This document shows positions 46,890-57,601 of a stretch of DNA of 64,000 bases, one piece after another (the first letter of the stretch is position 1; the number at the start of each line of letters is the position of its first letter). Position numbers and translations under genes: made by a program. The notes beneath the pieces are model-generated. The model searched no databases. It was given only the letters and a program-made list of their open reading frames with translations, and was not told the origin of the DNA. The stretch is from Candidatus Aenigmatarchaeota archaeon (lineage in GTDB: Archaea > Aenigmatarchaeota > Aenigmatarchaeia > CG10238-14 > SCSR01): NCBI GenBank assembly GCA_039091335.1, contig JAWCME010000002.1, positions 1 through 64,000 on the forward strand, given 5' to 3'.

Positions 46890-48875
46890 ATGGACATACT
46901 TGGAGAGGGATTAGATAGTCGTTCTTATATACTTTCAGGAACAAAATCTTTTTTTCACAGATTTTGCAACACAGGATTTAAAAATAAATGGTGTGGTCTT
47001 TGGTCTCCGCCCTATAAGTTCTTGGAATATTTTGCTTTTAAGTTAAATGAACAGTGGTTAAGCCCAGAAAACTGTGTGAGTTTTAGCTATGACGAGGCTT
47101 CTTCTTCACATTACTTCAATTTGGGGGATATTATAGCAAAAGAATTTTTATTTGTACCAAATAACAAGGGAATGGTTTGTATATTAACGATACAAAACAA
47201 ATCAGAAGAAAAGAAAAATATAAAGTTGTTTTTAGAAGTTGCAGTTAATATTAGACGGGCGAATGAAAACTGGCATGAAAGAGTGTATAGTACAAAAGTG
47301 ATAGAAAAAGGAGTTATGGTGAACTCAGAACTTGGCTCTTTTTTCTTTGGTAGCATACCCATAGGAAGAATTGAGTTAATAAATTATTATAAAGAGCACT
47401 ATCCTTCAGGAGAAAGACAAAGATGTTTTATACCATGCAATTATTATATAGATCTGGTTGTTGATAAAAAATCTAACGAAGATGTGTTTTTCTTTTTTTC
47501 TTGTGGAAAAAATGAGGAGGAAGCCCTGAATGAGTATAGTAATACAACAAACTTTTTTGCTTCAGAGTATGTGAAAAAAGAGAAAAAATATTTAGAAATA
47601 TTTTCAAAGTCAAGGCTTGAAACAGGAATAAATTTTGTGGACCAACTATTCAAATGGAGCATAGTAAGTATAGAAAAGCTTGGTTTTGAGTCCGATTTTG
47701 GTTTTGGGTATTTTGCTGGCTATCCTTGGTTTACACAGTTTTGGGGAAGAGACCTTGGATGGATGATTCCTGCTATTGTTGATTATGGAAATTTTGAAGG
47801 AGCAAAGGAAAGTTTAGATACGCTCTCGAAATTCCAACGAAAAGGGTGCATACCAAACATAATTTATATGGATGGAAGAGTAGAATATAACTCAGTAGAC
47901 TCAACTTTACTTTGGATAATTGCTCTCCGACATTACATAAAAAATTCTGGAGATTTAGCGTTTTTGAATGAAAAAATGAAAAATTTGGTAGATGCTTTAA
48001 AGTGGTGTGAAAATAGGGAGGAAAACGGTTTTATAAAATCGTATCCAAACGAAACTTGGATGGACAGCATTAATAGAGAAGGGAAGCCAATAGAAGTTCA
48101 GGCTTTTTGGATATATGCACTTAAATGTGCTGGTGAGTTGTTTGGTTTAGTTGGCAATTCAGAGTTAAGAAAAAAACTGAAGGAAAAATCTAGAAAGTTA
48201 AATTATTTTTTTGAAGAAAATTTTTGGAAGGAGGAAAAGGGATACTATCTTGATAATTTGAATAACAGCATGGAAACGATAAACCCAATTTTTAGTGTAT
48301 TTTTTGAAGTATCAAAAAGAGAGAAGAAGATTTTGAAAAAAATTGAAGAAGACTTTTTCTCCGATTTTGGGATAGCTTGTGTATCAAGAAAAGATAAAAT
48401 ATACGATCCGAGGGGGTATCATACCGGAAGCGCATGGGGGTGGATTACTGCATTAACAGCGTGCGTTGAATTTAAAAACGATATAGATAAGGCAATGAAA
48501 ATTTTAAACATTCTTTTTAACAACTTGAATAAAGGATGTGTTGGGGCAATAGGAGAAGCATGGAATTCTGAAGATGGAAGCAGTTTGTTGAAAAAAAATG
48601 GTTTTGAGGAAGAGGGGGCATGCTTACAAGGATGGAGTTCGGCCTTAGTTATAAGGTGCATAGACGAATACATGCTTGGAATTAAACCAGATGCAATAAC
48701 AAATACAATAATTATTTCTCCTTCAATAAAAGATGGGATGAGCGTTTTTAGGAGGAAGAGAATAGGAGAAGATTATGTTGATATAATAATTAAAAGGGAA
48801 AAAAATATGTTGGATGTAAGTTATAGAAGTACGTTAGGTAAGGCATACAGGATAATAAAGGTTCCTAATTTATGA
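46890..48875 (+). CDS. Amylo-alpha-1,6-glucosidase (glycogen debranching enzyme-like)
   Basis: AGYPWF-x-x-x-WGRD, NSVDST, TWMD, IEVQA, YHTG-x-x-W, QGWS; ATG at 46890 preferred. Confidence 0.88.
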   Translation: MDILGEGLDSRSYILSGTKSFFHRFCNTGFKNKWCGLWSPPYKFLEYFAFKLNEQWLSPENCVSFSYDEASSSHYFNLGDIIAKEFLFVPNNKGMVCILTIQNKSEEKKNIKLFLEVAVNIRRANENWHERVYSTKVIEKGVMVNSELGSFFFGSIPIGRIELINYYKEHYPSGERQRCFIPCNYYIDLVVDKKSNEDVFFFFSCGKNEEEALNEYSNTTNFFASEYVKKEKKYLEIFSKSRLETGINFVDQLFKWSIVSIEKLGFESDFGFGYFAGYPWFTQFWGRDLGWMIPAIVDYGNFEGAKESLDTLSKFQRKGCIPNIIYMDGRVEYNSVDSTLLWIIALRHYIKNSGDLAFLNEKMKNLVDALKWCENREENGFIKSYPNETWMDSINREGKPIEVQAFWIYALKCAGELFGLVGNSELRKKLKEKSRKLNYFFEENFWKEEKGYYLDNLNNSMETINPIFSVFFEVSKREKKILKKIEEDFFSDFGIACVSRKDKIYDPRGYHTGSAWGWITALTACVEFKNDIDKAMKILNILFNNLNKGCVGAIGEAWNSEDGSSLLKKNGFEEEGACLQGWSSALVIRCIDEYMLGIKPDAITNTIIISPSIKDGMSVFRRKRIGEDYVDIIIKREKNMLDVSYRSTLGKAYRIIKVPNL

Positions 48876-49082
48876 TTATTCTAAAAGCTTATACAAAACT
48901 CCCTTTTTATCGTTTATTATTTCTATCTTGCCTTCTCTTCCTAGCCAGCCAAGCGCACCAAAAACATCATTAATTTTTAGTTGTGTTTCCTTGGCTATAG
49001 CTGAAACAGTTAATGGTCCCTTTTCTTTCAAAACACCCCAAACCTTACCAGCATTTAATCCAAATACTTCTTCTGGTTTCAT
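48876..49082 (-). CDS. Small winged-helix protein (DUF2582-like)
   Basis: GLNAGKVW, ALGWLGREGKI. Confidence 0.85.
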   Translation of the reverse strand: MKPEEVFGLNAGKVWGVLKEKGPLTVSAIAKETQLKINDVFGALGWLGREGKIEIINDKKGVLYKLLE

Positions 49083-49092
49083 TAATTAGTTT

Positions 49093-49806
49093 TTATAATC
49101 CTTTAAAATAAATTTTTCTATGTTTATCTGGGTTTTCAAGGATGTGTATAAGCTCACTCTTGCTTTTCTTAAAAATTTTTATTGGATTTTCTGATTCCAT
49201 TCCATCTAAAAATTTAAATTCTCCACCACTATATTTTTTGTTTTTAACAAAACTTATTTTGTCTTTTTCTAAATTGTAAATAACATGAAAAGGAAATCCC
49301 CTGTTTTTTACCTTGTTATAGTCATGTCCAGCGTCTTTTGGAACAAAGTTAAATACAAGACAATCCCTTTTATATGATATTATTCTGTGTAAAAAGTTTG
49401 GATGGATGAATATTGAATTACCTTCTTTCATATGTATGAAAAAGGTTTTGTAGTTGGTTATGTCGGATAGTTGGAAAAAGCAGTCGTTCTTAATTACATG
49501 GTAGGCTTCTCCTTTGTATTTTTCATGGACATGTCCATACGTTAAAAATGGTTCCCCAATTTTTGATGTTGACATTATTCCATGACGAAGAAGTGTAAAG
49601 TCGCACGAAAGATTTTTTATTTCAAAATGAAATACTTGATAGACTTCTACATCTCCTTTGTTTTTTAGAAAATTTATTCCATTAGTAATGTCTAGTATGA
49701 CCCTGTCTTTGACTAGGGCAGATGCAAACCTTTTCCAGCATTCTGGTTTTTTTCTGAATGAAACTTCAATCCTGTCATTTAATTCATTCACTTTTAAACC
49801 AAACAT
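49093..49806 (-). CDS. Cupin-type glucose-6-phosphate isomerase family protein
   Basis: GEPFLTYGHVH...E, IHPNFLHR, AGHDY. Confidence 0.78.
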   Translation of the reverse strand: MFGLKVNELNDRIEVSFRKKPECWKRFASALVKDRVILDITNGINFLKNKGDVEVYQVFHFEIKNLSCDFTLLRHGIMSTSKIGEPFLTYGHVHEKYKGEAYHVIKNDCFFQLSDITNYKTFFIHMKEGNSIFIHPNFLHRIISYKRDCLVFNFVPKDAGHDYNKVKNRGFPFHVIYNLEKDKISFVKNKKYSGGEFKFLDGMESENPIKIFKKSKSELIHILENPDKHRKIYFKGL

Positions 49807-49856
49807 ATTTACTAATAGATTTTTAGTTTATTAAAACCTCTAAGAAAATTAAATTT

Positions 49857-51113
49857 ATGAGAGTTTTTTACGTCCCTTGGCTTCATTTCCATCAACCACT
49901 TGTATGGGACAACAGCAAGCTTATAAGCAATGTTCAAAAAATGATTTTTTCTAAGGATTCAAGAGAAAGATGGGACGGCAAATTAATTTCAAGGGCTTAT
50001 AAAAATCCTGCAAAATACATTAAACAACTTAGGGAGGAAGGTCATGATGCAAAGATAATGCTGGATTTTTCCGGCATTTTATTAGAAAGCTTGCATGAAC
50101 TATCTAAACAAGGGTTTTTTGATAAACTTGAAGTAAACGGAGAAAAAATTGGGGATATAATAAAAATCTATAAAGAGGTTTTGAAAAAATTTCCAGATTC
50201 AATAGAGATTGCAGGAACCCCATATTCTCATTGCTACTTTCCTTCTACACCAGAAGATGATTGGCGTTTACAAATTGAAGAATGGAAAAAAGTTTTTAAA
50301 AAAATTTTTGGAATAAAAGCATTGAAAAGAGTAAGGGGATTTTGGCTTCCAGAAATGGGTGTTCCTGGATTTGAGGATAAACTTTTAAAGTTGATAAGTT
50401 TGATAAAGGAAACTGGGTTCGAGTGGATAATTTTGCCTTTACAATGCTTGGAAGGATACGAGAAGCTTTCTTTTGAAGGAAAAATCAAAATTGCATGCCA
50501 GCCCCATTTACTCAGAGTTAAGGATGAAACCATAACAACAATATTTAGAATCCCAACATATTTTATAGACCAACAGGCCGGATGTGCTGTAGAGGAGCTC
50601 TATAAAAGATTAATTTTTTTAGGGAATGTTTTTGAGAAAATAAGCAAAAAACCTGCATTAGTTGTTCCTGCTAGCGACGGAGAAAATGGAAATGTGATGA
50701 TGAACGAATTTTTCCCAAAAACCTTTTTACCATTTTTTAAGGAAAAAAAAGATGAAAAAATTTGTTCTCTTTTAGTTTCCGATTTTCTTGATAATTTTTA
50801 TGAATTGCCACCAAAAAGTGAAATAAAAATTAAGACCTTTGGGTCATCTTGGGTTGGTACACACAAGTTCTGGACGGAAGGAATAGAACGTTCAAAATTA
50901 ATTGAAAGAAATTATAAACTGAGCAAAAATTTTCATCTCGTCGAAGAAAAATTGAAAATAAAAGGGAAAAAAGAGTTTGAAAATTTGAAGAAACTACTTC
51001 TTATATCAGAAACAAGCTGCTACTTGTACTGGGGCACAAGTTTTTGGCTTGAGCAGGGGATGAAAACAATGGAATTTCTTGAAAATAAAATTTCAGAGGT
51101 GAAAAAACGGTGA
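49857..51113 (+). CDS. Glycoside hydrolase family 57 protein
   Basis: HFHQP, GFWLPEMG, SDGENG, ETSCY. Confidence 0.85.
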   Translation: MRVFYVPWLHFHQPLVWDNSKLISNVQKMIFSKDSRERWDGKLISRAYKNPAKYIKQLREEGHDAKIMLDFSGILLESLHELSKQGFFDKLEVNGEKIGDIIKIYKEVLKKFPDSIEIAGTPYSHCYFPSTPEDDWRLQIEEWKKVFKKIFGIKALKRVRGFWLPEMGVPGFEDKLLKLISLIKETGFEWIILPLQCLEGYEKLSFEGKIKIACQPHLLRVKDETITTIFRIPTYFIDQQAGCAVEELYKRLIFLGNVFEKISKKPALVVPASDGENGNVMMNEFFPKTFLPFFKEKKDEKICSLLVSDFLDNFYELPPKSEIKIKTFGSSWVGTHKFWTEGIERSKLIERNYKLSKNFHLVEEKLKIKGKKEFENLKKLLLISETSCYLYWGTSFWLEQGMKTMEFLENKISEVKKR

Positions 51114-52600
51114 ACTTAACTTTTTTTGGAGGGGTTAATGAAATAGGAGGAAATAAAATTTTAATCGAAGAAAAAGACACTAGAATACTTTTAGACTTTG
51201 GAATGAGTTTTAATCTATATAAAAAATACTATGCTGAATTTTTGCAACCAAGAAAATGTAATGCACTCTTTGATTACATCGAGTTTGGCTTATTGCCAAA
51301 AATAGAAGGAATATATCGTGAAGACTACCTTTTATATTGTGGTTTGAAGTATCCAAATAAACCCCTTGTAGATGCTTTGTTTCTTTCTCATGCACATTTA
51401 GACCATTCTGCTTTTCTTCATTTTTTGAGATTAGACATACCCATTTACTGTACAGAAGAAACTTATCTTATTCTTAAAGCTCTAGAAGAAACCTCAGCAA
51501 GACCTTTTATGGATTTGGTCAATTTGAAGAAAGATTTTTATTTTATCAAAACTCAAAAAGGAAACTATAAAAGATTGGAAGGAGATGATGCAAAAATAGA
51601 AAGAGATTTTGTGATAATGAAACCATTTAAAAAATATTATGTTGGTGGGATAGAAGTTGAGGCTGTACCCGTTGACCATTCCTTGCCCGGTGCAGTGGGG
51701 TTTATGGTTTATACTAATTCTGGAAATGTTGCGTATACTGGAGATTTAAGATTTCATGGTAGAAGAAAAGAATTGAGCAGGGAGTTTGTAAAAGTTGCTA
51801 AAAAGGCCGACTTAGAACTAATGTTGTGCGAAGGTACAAGGGTGGATGAGAAAGAGAATGTTACAGAAGAGGATGTAGAAGAAAAATCAAAAAACATCAT
51901 TTTAGAAACTCATGGCCATGTTGTGGTTAATTATCCAATAAGAGATTTAGACAGATTACTAACTTTCTTTGAAGTTGCCAAAGATGTTGATAGAAAACTA
52001 GTGGTTAATTTAAAGCAGGCTTTTTTGCTAAAAATTTTTGAAAAATTCGGAATTTATCCAAAATTAAAAGAAGTGGTTGTTTATATTCCAAGAAAAGGTT
52101 GGGGGTTGCAAAGTGATGAATTTTTTGTTTATCTTGAAGAGGGGGGTTGGGTGAATGCAAGCAAAACAGGTAAGGATGAAATAATGAAAGATTATGATAA
52201 ATGGGAGAGAGAATTCTTAGAATTAGAAAATAGAATAACTTATAAGGAAATAAGAGACAACCCAAAAGATTACATTTTTAGATGTGATAATTTTGAATTA
52301 AAAGAACTAATAGACATAAAACCGAAAAACGGAGTTTACATAAGGTCTTTAACAGAACCTTTTGATGAAGATATGATAATTGAAGAAAAAAGAGTAAAAA
52401 ACTGGTTAGAACATTTTAATTTATTGCCAATGCATCACATCCATTCTTCTGGGCATCTTAATGGAAAAGAAATAAGTGAAATAATCAATGAAATTATGCC
52501 AAGGAAATTAATACCCATTCATACAAAGAATCCTGGTGGGTTCGAAAGAATTGTAGATAGGGACATTAAGATTGAGTATGCCAAATTAAAATACGAATAA
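51110..52600 (+). CDS. Metallo-beta-lactamase/beta-CASP ribonuclease (RNase J-related)
   Basis: GGVNEIGGN, LDFG, SHAHLDH, VDHS, YTGDLRFHG, HSSGH, PIHT. Confidence 0.85.
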   Translation: MNLTFFGGVNEIGGNKILIEEKDTRILLDFGMSFNLYKKYYAEFLQPRKCNALFDYIEFGLLPKIEGIYREDYLLYCGLKYPNKPLVDALFLSHAHLDHSAFLHFLRLDIPIYCTEETYLILKALEETSARPFMDLVNLKKDFYFIKTQKGNYKRLEGDDAKIERDFVIMKPFKKYYVGGIEVEAVPVDHSLPGAVGFMVYTNSGNVAYTGDLRFHGRRKELSREFVKVAKKADLELMLCEGTRVDEKENVTEEDVEEKSKNIILETHGHVVVNYPIRDLDRLLTFFEVAKDVDRKLVVNLKQAFLLKIFEKFGIYPKLKEVVVYIPRKGWGLQSDEFFVYLEEGGWVNASKTGKDEIMKDYDKWEREFLELENRITYKEIRDNPKDYIFRCDNFELKELIDIKPKNGVYIRSLTEPFDEDMIIEEKRVKNWLEHFNLLPMHHIHSSGHLNGKEISEIINEIMPRKLIPIHTKNPGGFERIVDRDIKIEYAKLKYE

Positions 52601-52798
52601 TACAGTTTCGTCTTTTTATCAAGACCTTACTTATTTTGCTTTTGGGCATTAAAAATCTTAACACAAACTATTTTTTATTGTTTATCATTAATTTTTATAT
52701 TATTTTTATCTACTAATGTTAAATATTAAAAATCAAATTTTTTCTAGAGAAAGTAATAATTTTATAAAGAAATTGAGTTAAATTTAAATATTGATATA

Positions 52799-53968
52799 AT
52801 GAGGATAGCTATATTTTCCTGGGAGTCTTTACACTCGATTTCTGTTGGTGGGTTGGCACTTCATGTTACAGAGCTTGCAGCTGCATTGGAGAGAAAGGGG
52901 AACGAAGTTCATGTTTTTACTAGAATAGCACCTAATCAAAAGCTCTACGAAGTTATAGATGATGTACATTATCATAGATGTCCTTTCGGTTTTAACTCAG
53001 ACTTGATACAAGAGATGAATAACATGAGTAGATCAATGGCACATTTCTTTTTTGAAACAGAAAATGTGGCAGGAAATTTTGACATAATTCATGGCCATGA
53101 TTGGCATGTAGTAAACGCGTTGGACGAAATTAAAAAAACTAGGAACAAAAAAATAATTTTTACTCTCCATTCAAACCAATTTGGAAGAGATGGAAATCAC
53201 TTTCACGACGGGACTGCAAGAACAATAACAAACATAGAGTGGTACGGAACATATATTGCTGATAGAATAATAGTTTGTTCTTATGCGATGAAAGAAGAGA
53301 CAAAGTGGTTACACCGTGTCCCAGAAGAAAAAATAAGGGTAATTCCAAACGGAATTTGGGTAAGGGATTTTGATGGTTTTATAGACCCATGGAAGGATGC
53401 AAAAGCAAAGTATGGAATTGGTCCCCTAGACCCCCTAGTTCTTTTTGTCGGAAGGATGACTTACCAGAAGGGTGTAGATTTTCTTTTAGAAGCTATACCA
53501 GATGTTTTAAAAGACTATCCACAGGCAAAATTTGTTTTTGTTGGAGATGGTTATATGAAAAACCAGCTTGAAAATAGGGCAAAAGAATTAAGGATAAGTC
53601 ATGCAGTAAGGTTTACTGGTTATATTTCAAACGAGGAAAAAACAAATCTGATGAAAGCAAGCGAATGTATTGTAGTTCCAAGTAGGAATGAACCGTTTGG
53701 AATTGTTGTATTAGAGGCATGGGCATGTGGCAAGCCGGTAATCTCTACTCATGGCACAGGAGCAGGAGAAATTATTTGGCACGAAGTTACAGGACTAAAA
53801 GTCTACCAAAACCCTAACTCTATAGCATGGGGGATAAAATATATTCTATCAAATCCAGAAAAAGCAAGGTGGATGGGTAGTAATGGTAGATTTGCTGCCG
53901 AAAATGTTTTTAATTGGGATAAAGTTGCTGAACAAACCATAGAAGTTTATAAGGAGGTATTGAGATGA
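52799..53968 (+). CDS. Glycosyltransferase family 4
   Basis: VGGL, HGHDW, VGRMTYQKG, EPFGIVVLEA. Confidence 0.92.
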   Translation: MRIAIFSWESLHSISVGGLALHVTELAAALERKGNEVHVFTRIAPNQKLYEVIDDVHYHRCPFGFNSDLIQEMNNMSRSMAHFFFETENVAGNFDIIHGHDWHVVNALDEIKKTRNKKIIFTLHSNQFGRDGNHFHDGTARTITNIEWYGTYIADRIIVCSYAMKEETKWLHRVPEEKIRVIPNGIWVRDFDGFIDPWKDAKAKYGIGPLDPLVLFVGRMTYQKGVDFLLEAIPDVLKDYPQAKFVFVGDGYMKNQLENRAKELRISHAVRFTGYISNEEKTNLMKASECIVVPSRNEPFGIVVLEAWACGKPVISTHGTGAGEIIWHEVTGLKVYQNPNSIAWGIKYILSNPEKARWMGSNGRFAAENVFNWDKVAEQTIEVYKEVLR

Positions 53969-54186
53969 AGTGTTGGTTTTGCGAAAAAGAGGCAAGAGGG
54001 ATATGTATAGCATGCGGAAGAGCGGTTTGTCACGAGCATGGATATAAGCTGGATGAATTCACACATGCAAAATCGGACACAAGCACAGGGTTTGCAAGCT
54101 ATTTTAAGGCATTTAATGTGTTGAAATGTAAAGATTGCAAGATAGAATGGGAAAGTTGGGAACAAGGAAAGAAGATTTTAAAATGA
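53965..54186 (+). CDS. Small zinc-binding protein (DUF2180-like)
   Basis: CWFC...CIACGRAVCHEH...CKDC; ATGA overlap with the upstream gene. Confidence 0.65.
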   Translation: MKCWFCEKEARGICIACGRAVCHEHGYKLDEFTHAKSDTSTGFASYFKAFNVLKCKDCKIEWESWEQGKKILK

Positions 54187-54213
54187 GCGTCTAGATAAAA
54201 AATAAACTTAAAG

Positions 54214-55140
54214 TTAATTTATAAATTTTTTATAGTATTCTATTGTTTTTTCAATACCCTCTTCCAATTTAACCTTGGCTTCAAAGTTAAGAACCTCTTT
54301 TGCTTTTTTAGTATCAGCTAAAGTGTGATAAACATAATTTTTAATCGGGTTTTTGATATAACTTGGGGTAATGTTTTTTCCCAATTTTTTATTTAAAATT
54401 TCTACAATAGAATTAAAACTCAAATTCTTTCCAGAACCAACATTTATTATTTCAAAATTTATATCCTTCTCCATTGCAAGCATATTGGCTTTTACCACGT
54501 CCTCAATAAATATAAAATCTCTTGATTGCGTACCATCGCCATAAATTGTCGGTCTTTTGTTTTTTAACATGCGCCATAGGAATTGAGATATTATGTTTGC
54601 AAATCTTCCTTTAAACTCTTCTCCTGGACCATAAACACTAAATAACCTTAATATTATACACTCCATTCCATAAAACTTGTTATATAACTCAGCAAACCTT
54701 TCTATTGCTATTCTCGTTTCTGTATAAAAATCTGTTACAATAGGACTCATATCCTCTTTCCATGGAGTTGGTAGTCCATTATATACGCTAGAAGAAGAGC
54801 TTAGTATAACTTTGCTCCCATTCTTTCTTGCGAGCTCAAATAGCGAAATAGAATCTTTTATTGAATTTTGAATTAAATTTTTGTTCTTTACATACATCTG
54901 AGATGAAGATGGAATTCCGTAATGGAACATTACATCAAAACTTGGTAATTTAAAATTTGAAATTTTCCCAATACTTCCTTTTAAAAAATTAATTTCCATT
55001 CCTTCCAAATTTTTTGTTGAGCCCGTATGAAGGTTGTCTATCACAAAAACTTCATGTCCCATATTAAATAGTTTTCTGACGATGTGTGAGCCTATAAAAC
55101 CTGCACCACCAGTAACTAAAACCCGCATTATTTTTACCAT
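54214..55140 (-). CDS. NAD-dependent epimerase/dehydratase (UDP-glucose 4-epimerase-like)
   Basis: TGGAGFIGSH, SSSSVY, VYGP, GDGTQSRDF. Confidence 0.9.
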   Translation of the reverse strand: MVKIMRVLVTGGAGFIGSHIVRKLFNMGHEVFVIDNLHTGSTKNLEGMEINFLKGSIGKISNFKLPSFDVMFHYGIPSSSQMYVKNKNLIQNSIKDSISLFELARKNGSKVILSSSSSVYNGLPTPWKEDMSPIVTDFYTETRIAIERFAELYNKFYGMECIILRLFSVYGPGEEFKGRFANIISQFLWRMLKNKRPTIYGDGTQSRDFIFIEDVVKANMLAMEKDINFEIINVGSGKNLSFNSIVEILNKKLGKNITPSYIKNPIKNYVYHTLADTKKAKEVLNFEAKVKLEEGIEKTIEYYKKFIN

Positions 55141-56060
55141 TTGTTTTTTAAAAAATTTATTATTTCTTTTTCTTCTGGAAACCTTTTTTTACCAAATTTT
55201 GTTGTTGATAAGGCGCCAGCAGCATTTGCAAATTTTCCACAATCTTTCAAGCTTAAACCAGATAAAAATGCCTTTATGAAGCCCGCATCAAAAATGTCAC
55301 CTGCACCAGTGGTTTGTATAGCTTTAACTTTAAATCCCTTAACAAAAAATATTTCAGAGTCCCTACCAATCATACACCCCATTCTACCAAGTTTTAAAGC
55401 AACTATCCCCTTACAATAGTCCAATAGTCTTGAAATTATCTCCTTTGGTTCAGAAAGTTTTGTTATTGCTTTTCCCTCTTCATAATCAGGAAAGAAAAAA
55501 TCTGTTATTCCCAATATTTTTATAACATCTTTTACTCTTCCACTTGGCCAGTTCCTTGGATCCCAATTCGGATCTAAGCTAGTTTTCATGTTCTTTTTTC
55601 TCGCCTGTTTGAAAATTTCATAAACATCCTTTCTCAGGCTCTCAAGTAAATTAAACCCACCCATGTGTAAAATTTTTCCTTCTATTTCTTTAAGAGAAAA
55701 ATCCTTTCTTGATAAATTTGAGTTGCTCCCCCCGAAAGTTATCATTGCCCTTTTCATATCTTCAAAAGTTAAAGAAATTGTTATTCCCGCTTCTTCACAT
55801 TCAACCCTCTTTATTTTTGTTTCCACACAAGCTTTCTTAATTTCTTTGATTAAAAACTCAGAGACGAAATCATATCCCAGGCGTCCTATGAAACGTGTTT
55901 TGAGTCCAAGCTTGGAGCAAGCCGAAGCAAAAATAGCAGAAGAGCCCCCAAGTTGAACTATCAATTTAGGTATTGTTGTCTGTTTGTCTTTTTCAGGATA
56001 ATTTTTCAAGGGAAGAGAAATAATATCGAGGTTTATATCACCAATCACACTCAAATCCAT
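55134..56060 (-). CDS. PfkB-family carbohydrate kinase
   Basis: GGS, KLG, LDPN, TTGAGDIFDAG. Confidence 0.9.
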   Translation of the reverse strand: MDLSVIGDINLDIISLPLKNYPEKDKQTTIPKLIVQLGGSSAIFASACSKLGLKTRFIGRLGYDFVSEFLIKEIKKACVETKIKRVECEEAGITISLTFEDMKRAMITFGGSNSNLSRKDFSLKEIEGKILHMGGFNLLESLRKDVYEIFKQARKKNMKTSLDPNWDPRNWPSGRVKDVIKILGITDFFFPDYEEGKAITKLSEPKEIISRLLDYCKGIVALKLGRMGCMIGRDSEIFFVKGFKVKAIQTTGAGDIFDAGFIKAFLSGLSLKDCGKFANAAGALSTTKFGKKRFPEEKEIINFLKNKW

Positions 56061-56097
56061 ATAATTTATTTAGGATATTGAAACTAAATTTAGTTTT

Positions 56098-57600
56098 ATG
56101 AATGAAAATTTAAAACCAACTGTCTTGCTTGTTTCTGCTGAGCTTAAGAGTTTCAAGTCAAGGGCAGGGGGGCTGGGTCCTGCTGTTGAAGAACTTGCTT
56201 ATGCTTTGAGTAAATTTGGATGTAAAGTAAGTGTAGTGAGCTTGCTCTACAAGTACAAAAGGAATGAAAGGGATGAAATTGAAGAAATAGATTACACTGA
56301 CATTCCTTTAGAAGATTTAGCAACTATAAGTTTTTGGGTAAGTAATGAAAAAGTGAGCGCTAATATCAAGAGAGTTGAAAAAAATGGAGTTACATTCTAC
56401 TTTTTAGAGAATGAAAGATTTGCAAATCTTTTGTACGAAGGAGACGGACTTAAGAGAGCAATTTTCCTGGGAAGAGGGACTTTAGATTTAGTAAAACTTT
56501 TGGACGGTATTGAGGTGGTTCACCTAAACGATGCCCATACAGGCTTAATTCCAGTTTTCTTTAAGGCTGAATATAGATATCATGGTGACCCCAAGCTTAA
56601 AAATTTGAAATTTGTCTATACAATCCATAATGCTGGGAAAGCATACCAACAAATCTTTGATGGTGAAAGATTTTGGGAGTTGGGAATAGGAGAAGAATGG
56701 AGGGAAAAAGTAACATGGGAAGGGAAAATCAACTTAACTTATGCTGCTGTAGTCCTTTCAGATATCTGTAATACAGTTAGTCCAGACTATGCTAACACTT
56801 TGCTGAAAAATGGCGAAGGCCTGGCTGAAATTTTCAGGTCTAAGAAGGTTTTTGGAATTACCAATGGTATAGATGTAGATTACTGGATGATGCCTGAATT
56901 CAAAGATGTGAAATCGATAAAGGCCCTGAAAGAAAAGAAGAAGAAAGCTAAGATTGAATTGCTAAAAGAAGTAGAGAAGATAAAAGGTGATAGGCTTTCT
57001 GAAGAAAAACTCACAATAGTAATACCAAGGAGGTTTGCTGACCAAAAAGGTTTTGAAATTTTCTTAAATCATGTTGATGAAATAGTGAAAGATAGGGAAG
57101 AGGGTGGTATAGGAGCCCAAATCATAATTCTTGGTAGGGCTGCTCTAGGAGACCCAATAGGAAGAAGATGGGTAGAGGTGTGTAAAAAACTTGATGAAGA
57201 GTTAGATAATAAATTTGTTTTCATATATGGTTTCAATGAAGAGCTTGCTAAGAAGATGTACTGGGGAGGGGATTTGATTATTTATCCGTCTCTACCAGAA
57301 AAAGAGCCTTGTGGCACAGGATATATGATGGCCAGTATCAATGGTACATTAACTCTTGGAACTGATACAGGTGGTATGGTTGATAAAATTATAGATTTTA
57401 AGAACGGGTTTAAAATTGGGAAGGAAAATTATTCTTGGGAAGCATTTTTTGAAAAACTGAAAAAAATCTCAGAGTTATTTTATGAAAAAAAAGGAGACTG
57501 GAATAAAATTGTCTGGGCCGCTTTCAACACAGATGTTGACATAAATAAGGTTGCTAAAGAATACTTAACAAAATTATATTTTCCAGCGCTAAAAAAATAA
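56098..57600 (+). CDS. glgA: Glycogen/starch synthase (GT5)
   Basis: AGGLG, HLND, TIHN, TVSPDYA, GITNGID, QKG, EPCG. Confidence 0.88.
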   Translation: MNENLKPTVLLVSAELKSFKSRAGGLGPAVEELAYALSKFGCKVSVVSLLYKYKRNERDEIEEIDYTDIPLEDLATISFWVSNEKVSANIKRVEKNGVTFYFLENERFANLLYEGDGLKRAIFLGRGTLDLVKLLDGIEVVHLNDAHTGLIPVFFKAEYRYHGDPKLKNLKFVYTIHNAGKAYQQIFDGERFWELGIGEEWREKVTWEGKINLTYAAVVLSDICNTVSPDYANTLLKNGEGLAEIFRSKKVFGITNGIDVDYWMMPEFKDVKSIKALKEKKKKAKIELLKEVEKIKGDRLSEEKLTIVIPRRFADQKGFEIFLNHVDEIVKDREEGGIGAQIIILGRAALGDPIGRRWVEVCKKLDEELDNKFVFIYGFNEELAKKMYWGGDLIIYPSLPEKEPCGTGYMMASINGTLTLGTDTGGMVDKIIDFKNGFKIGKENYSWEAFFEKLKKISELFYEKKGDWNKIVWAAFNTDVDINKVAKEYLTKLYFPALKK

Positions 57601-57601
57601 T

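Noticed and set aside
52601..52798. AT-rich gap as a possible ncRNA or origin
   Set aside because: No stable structure or repeat seen; consistent with a terminator plus promoter
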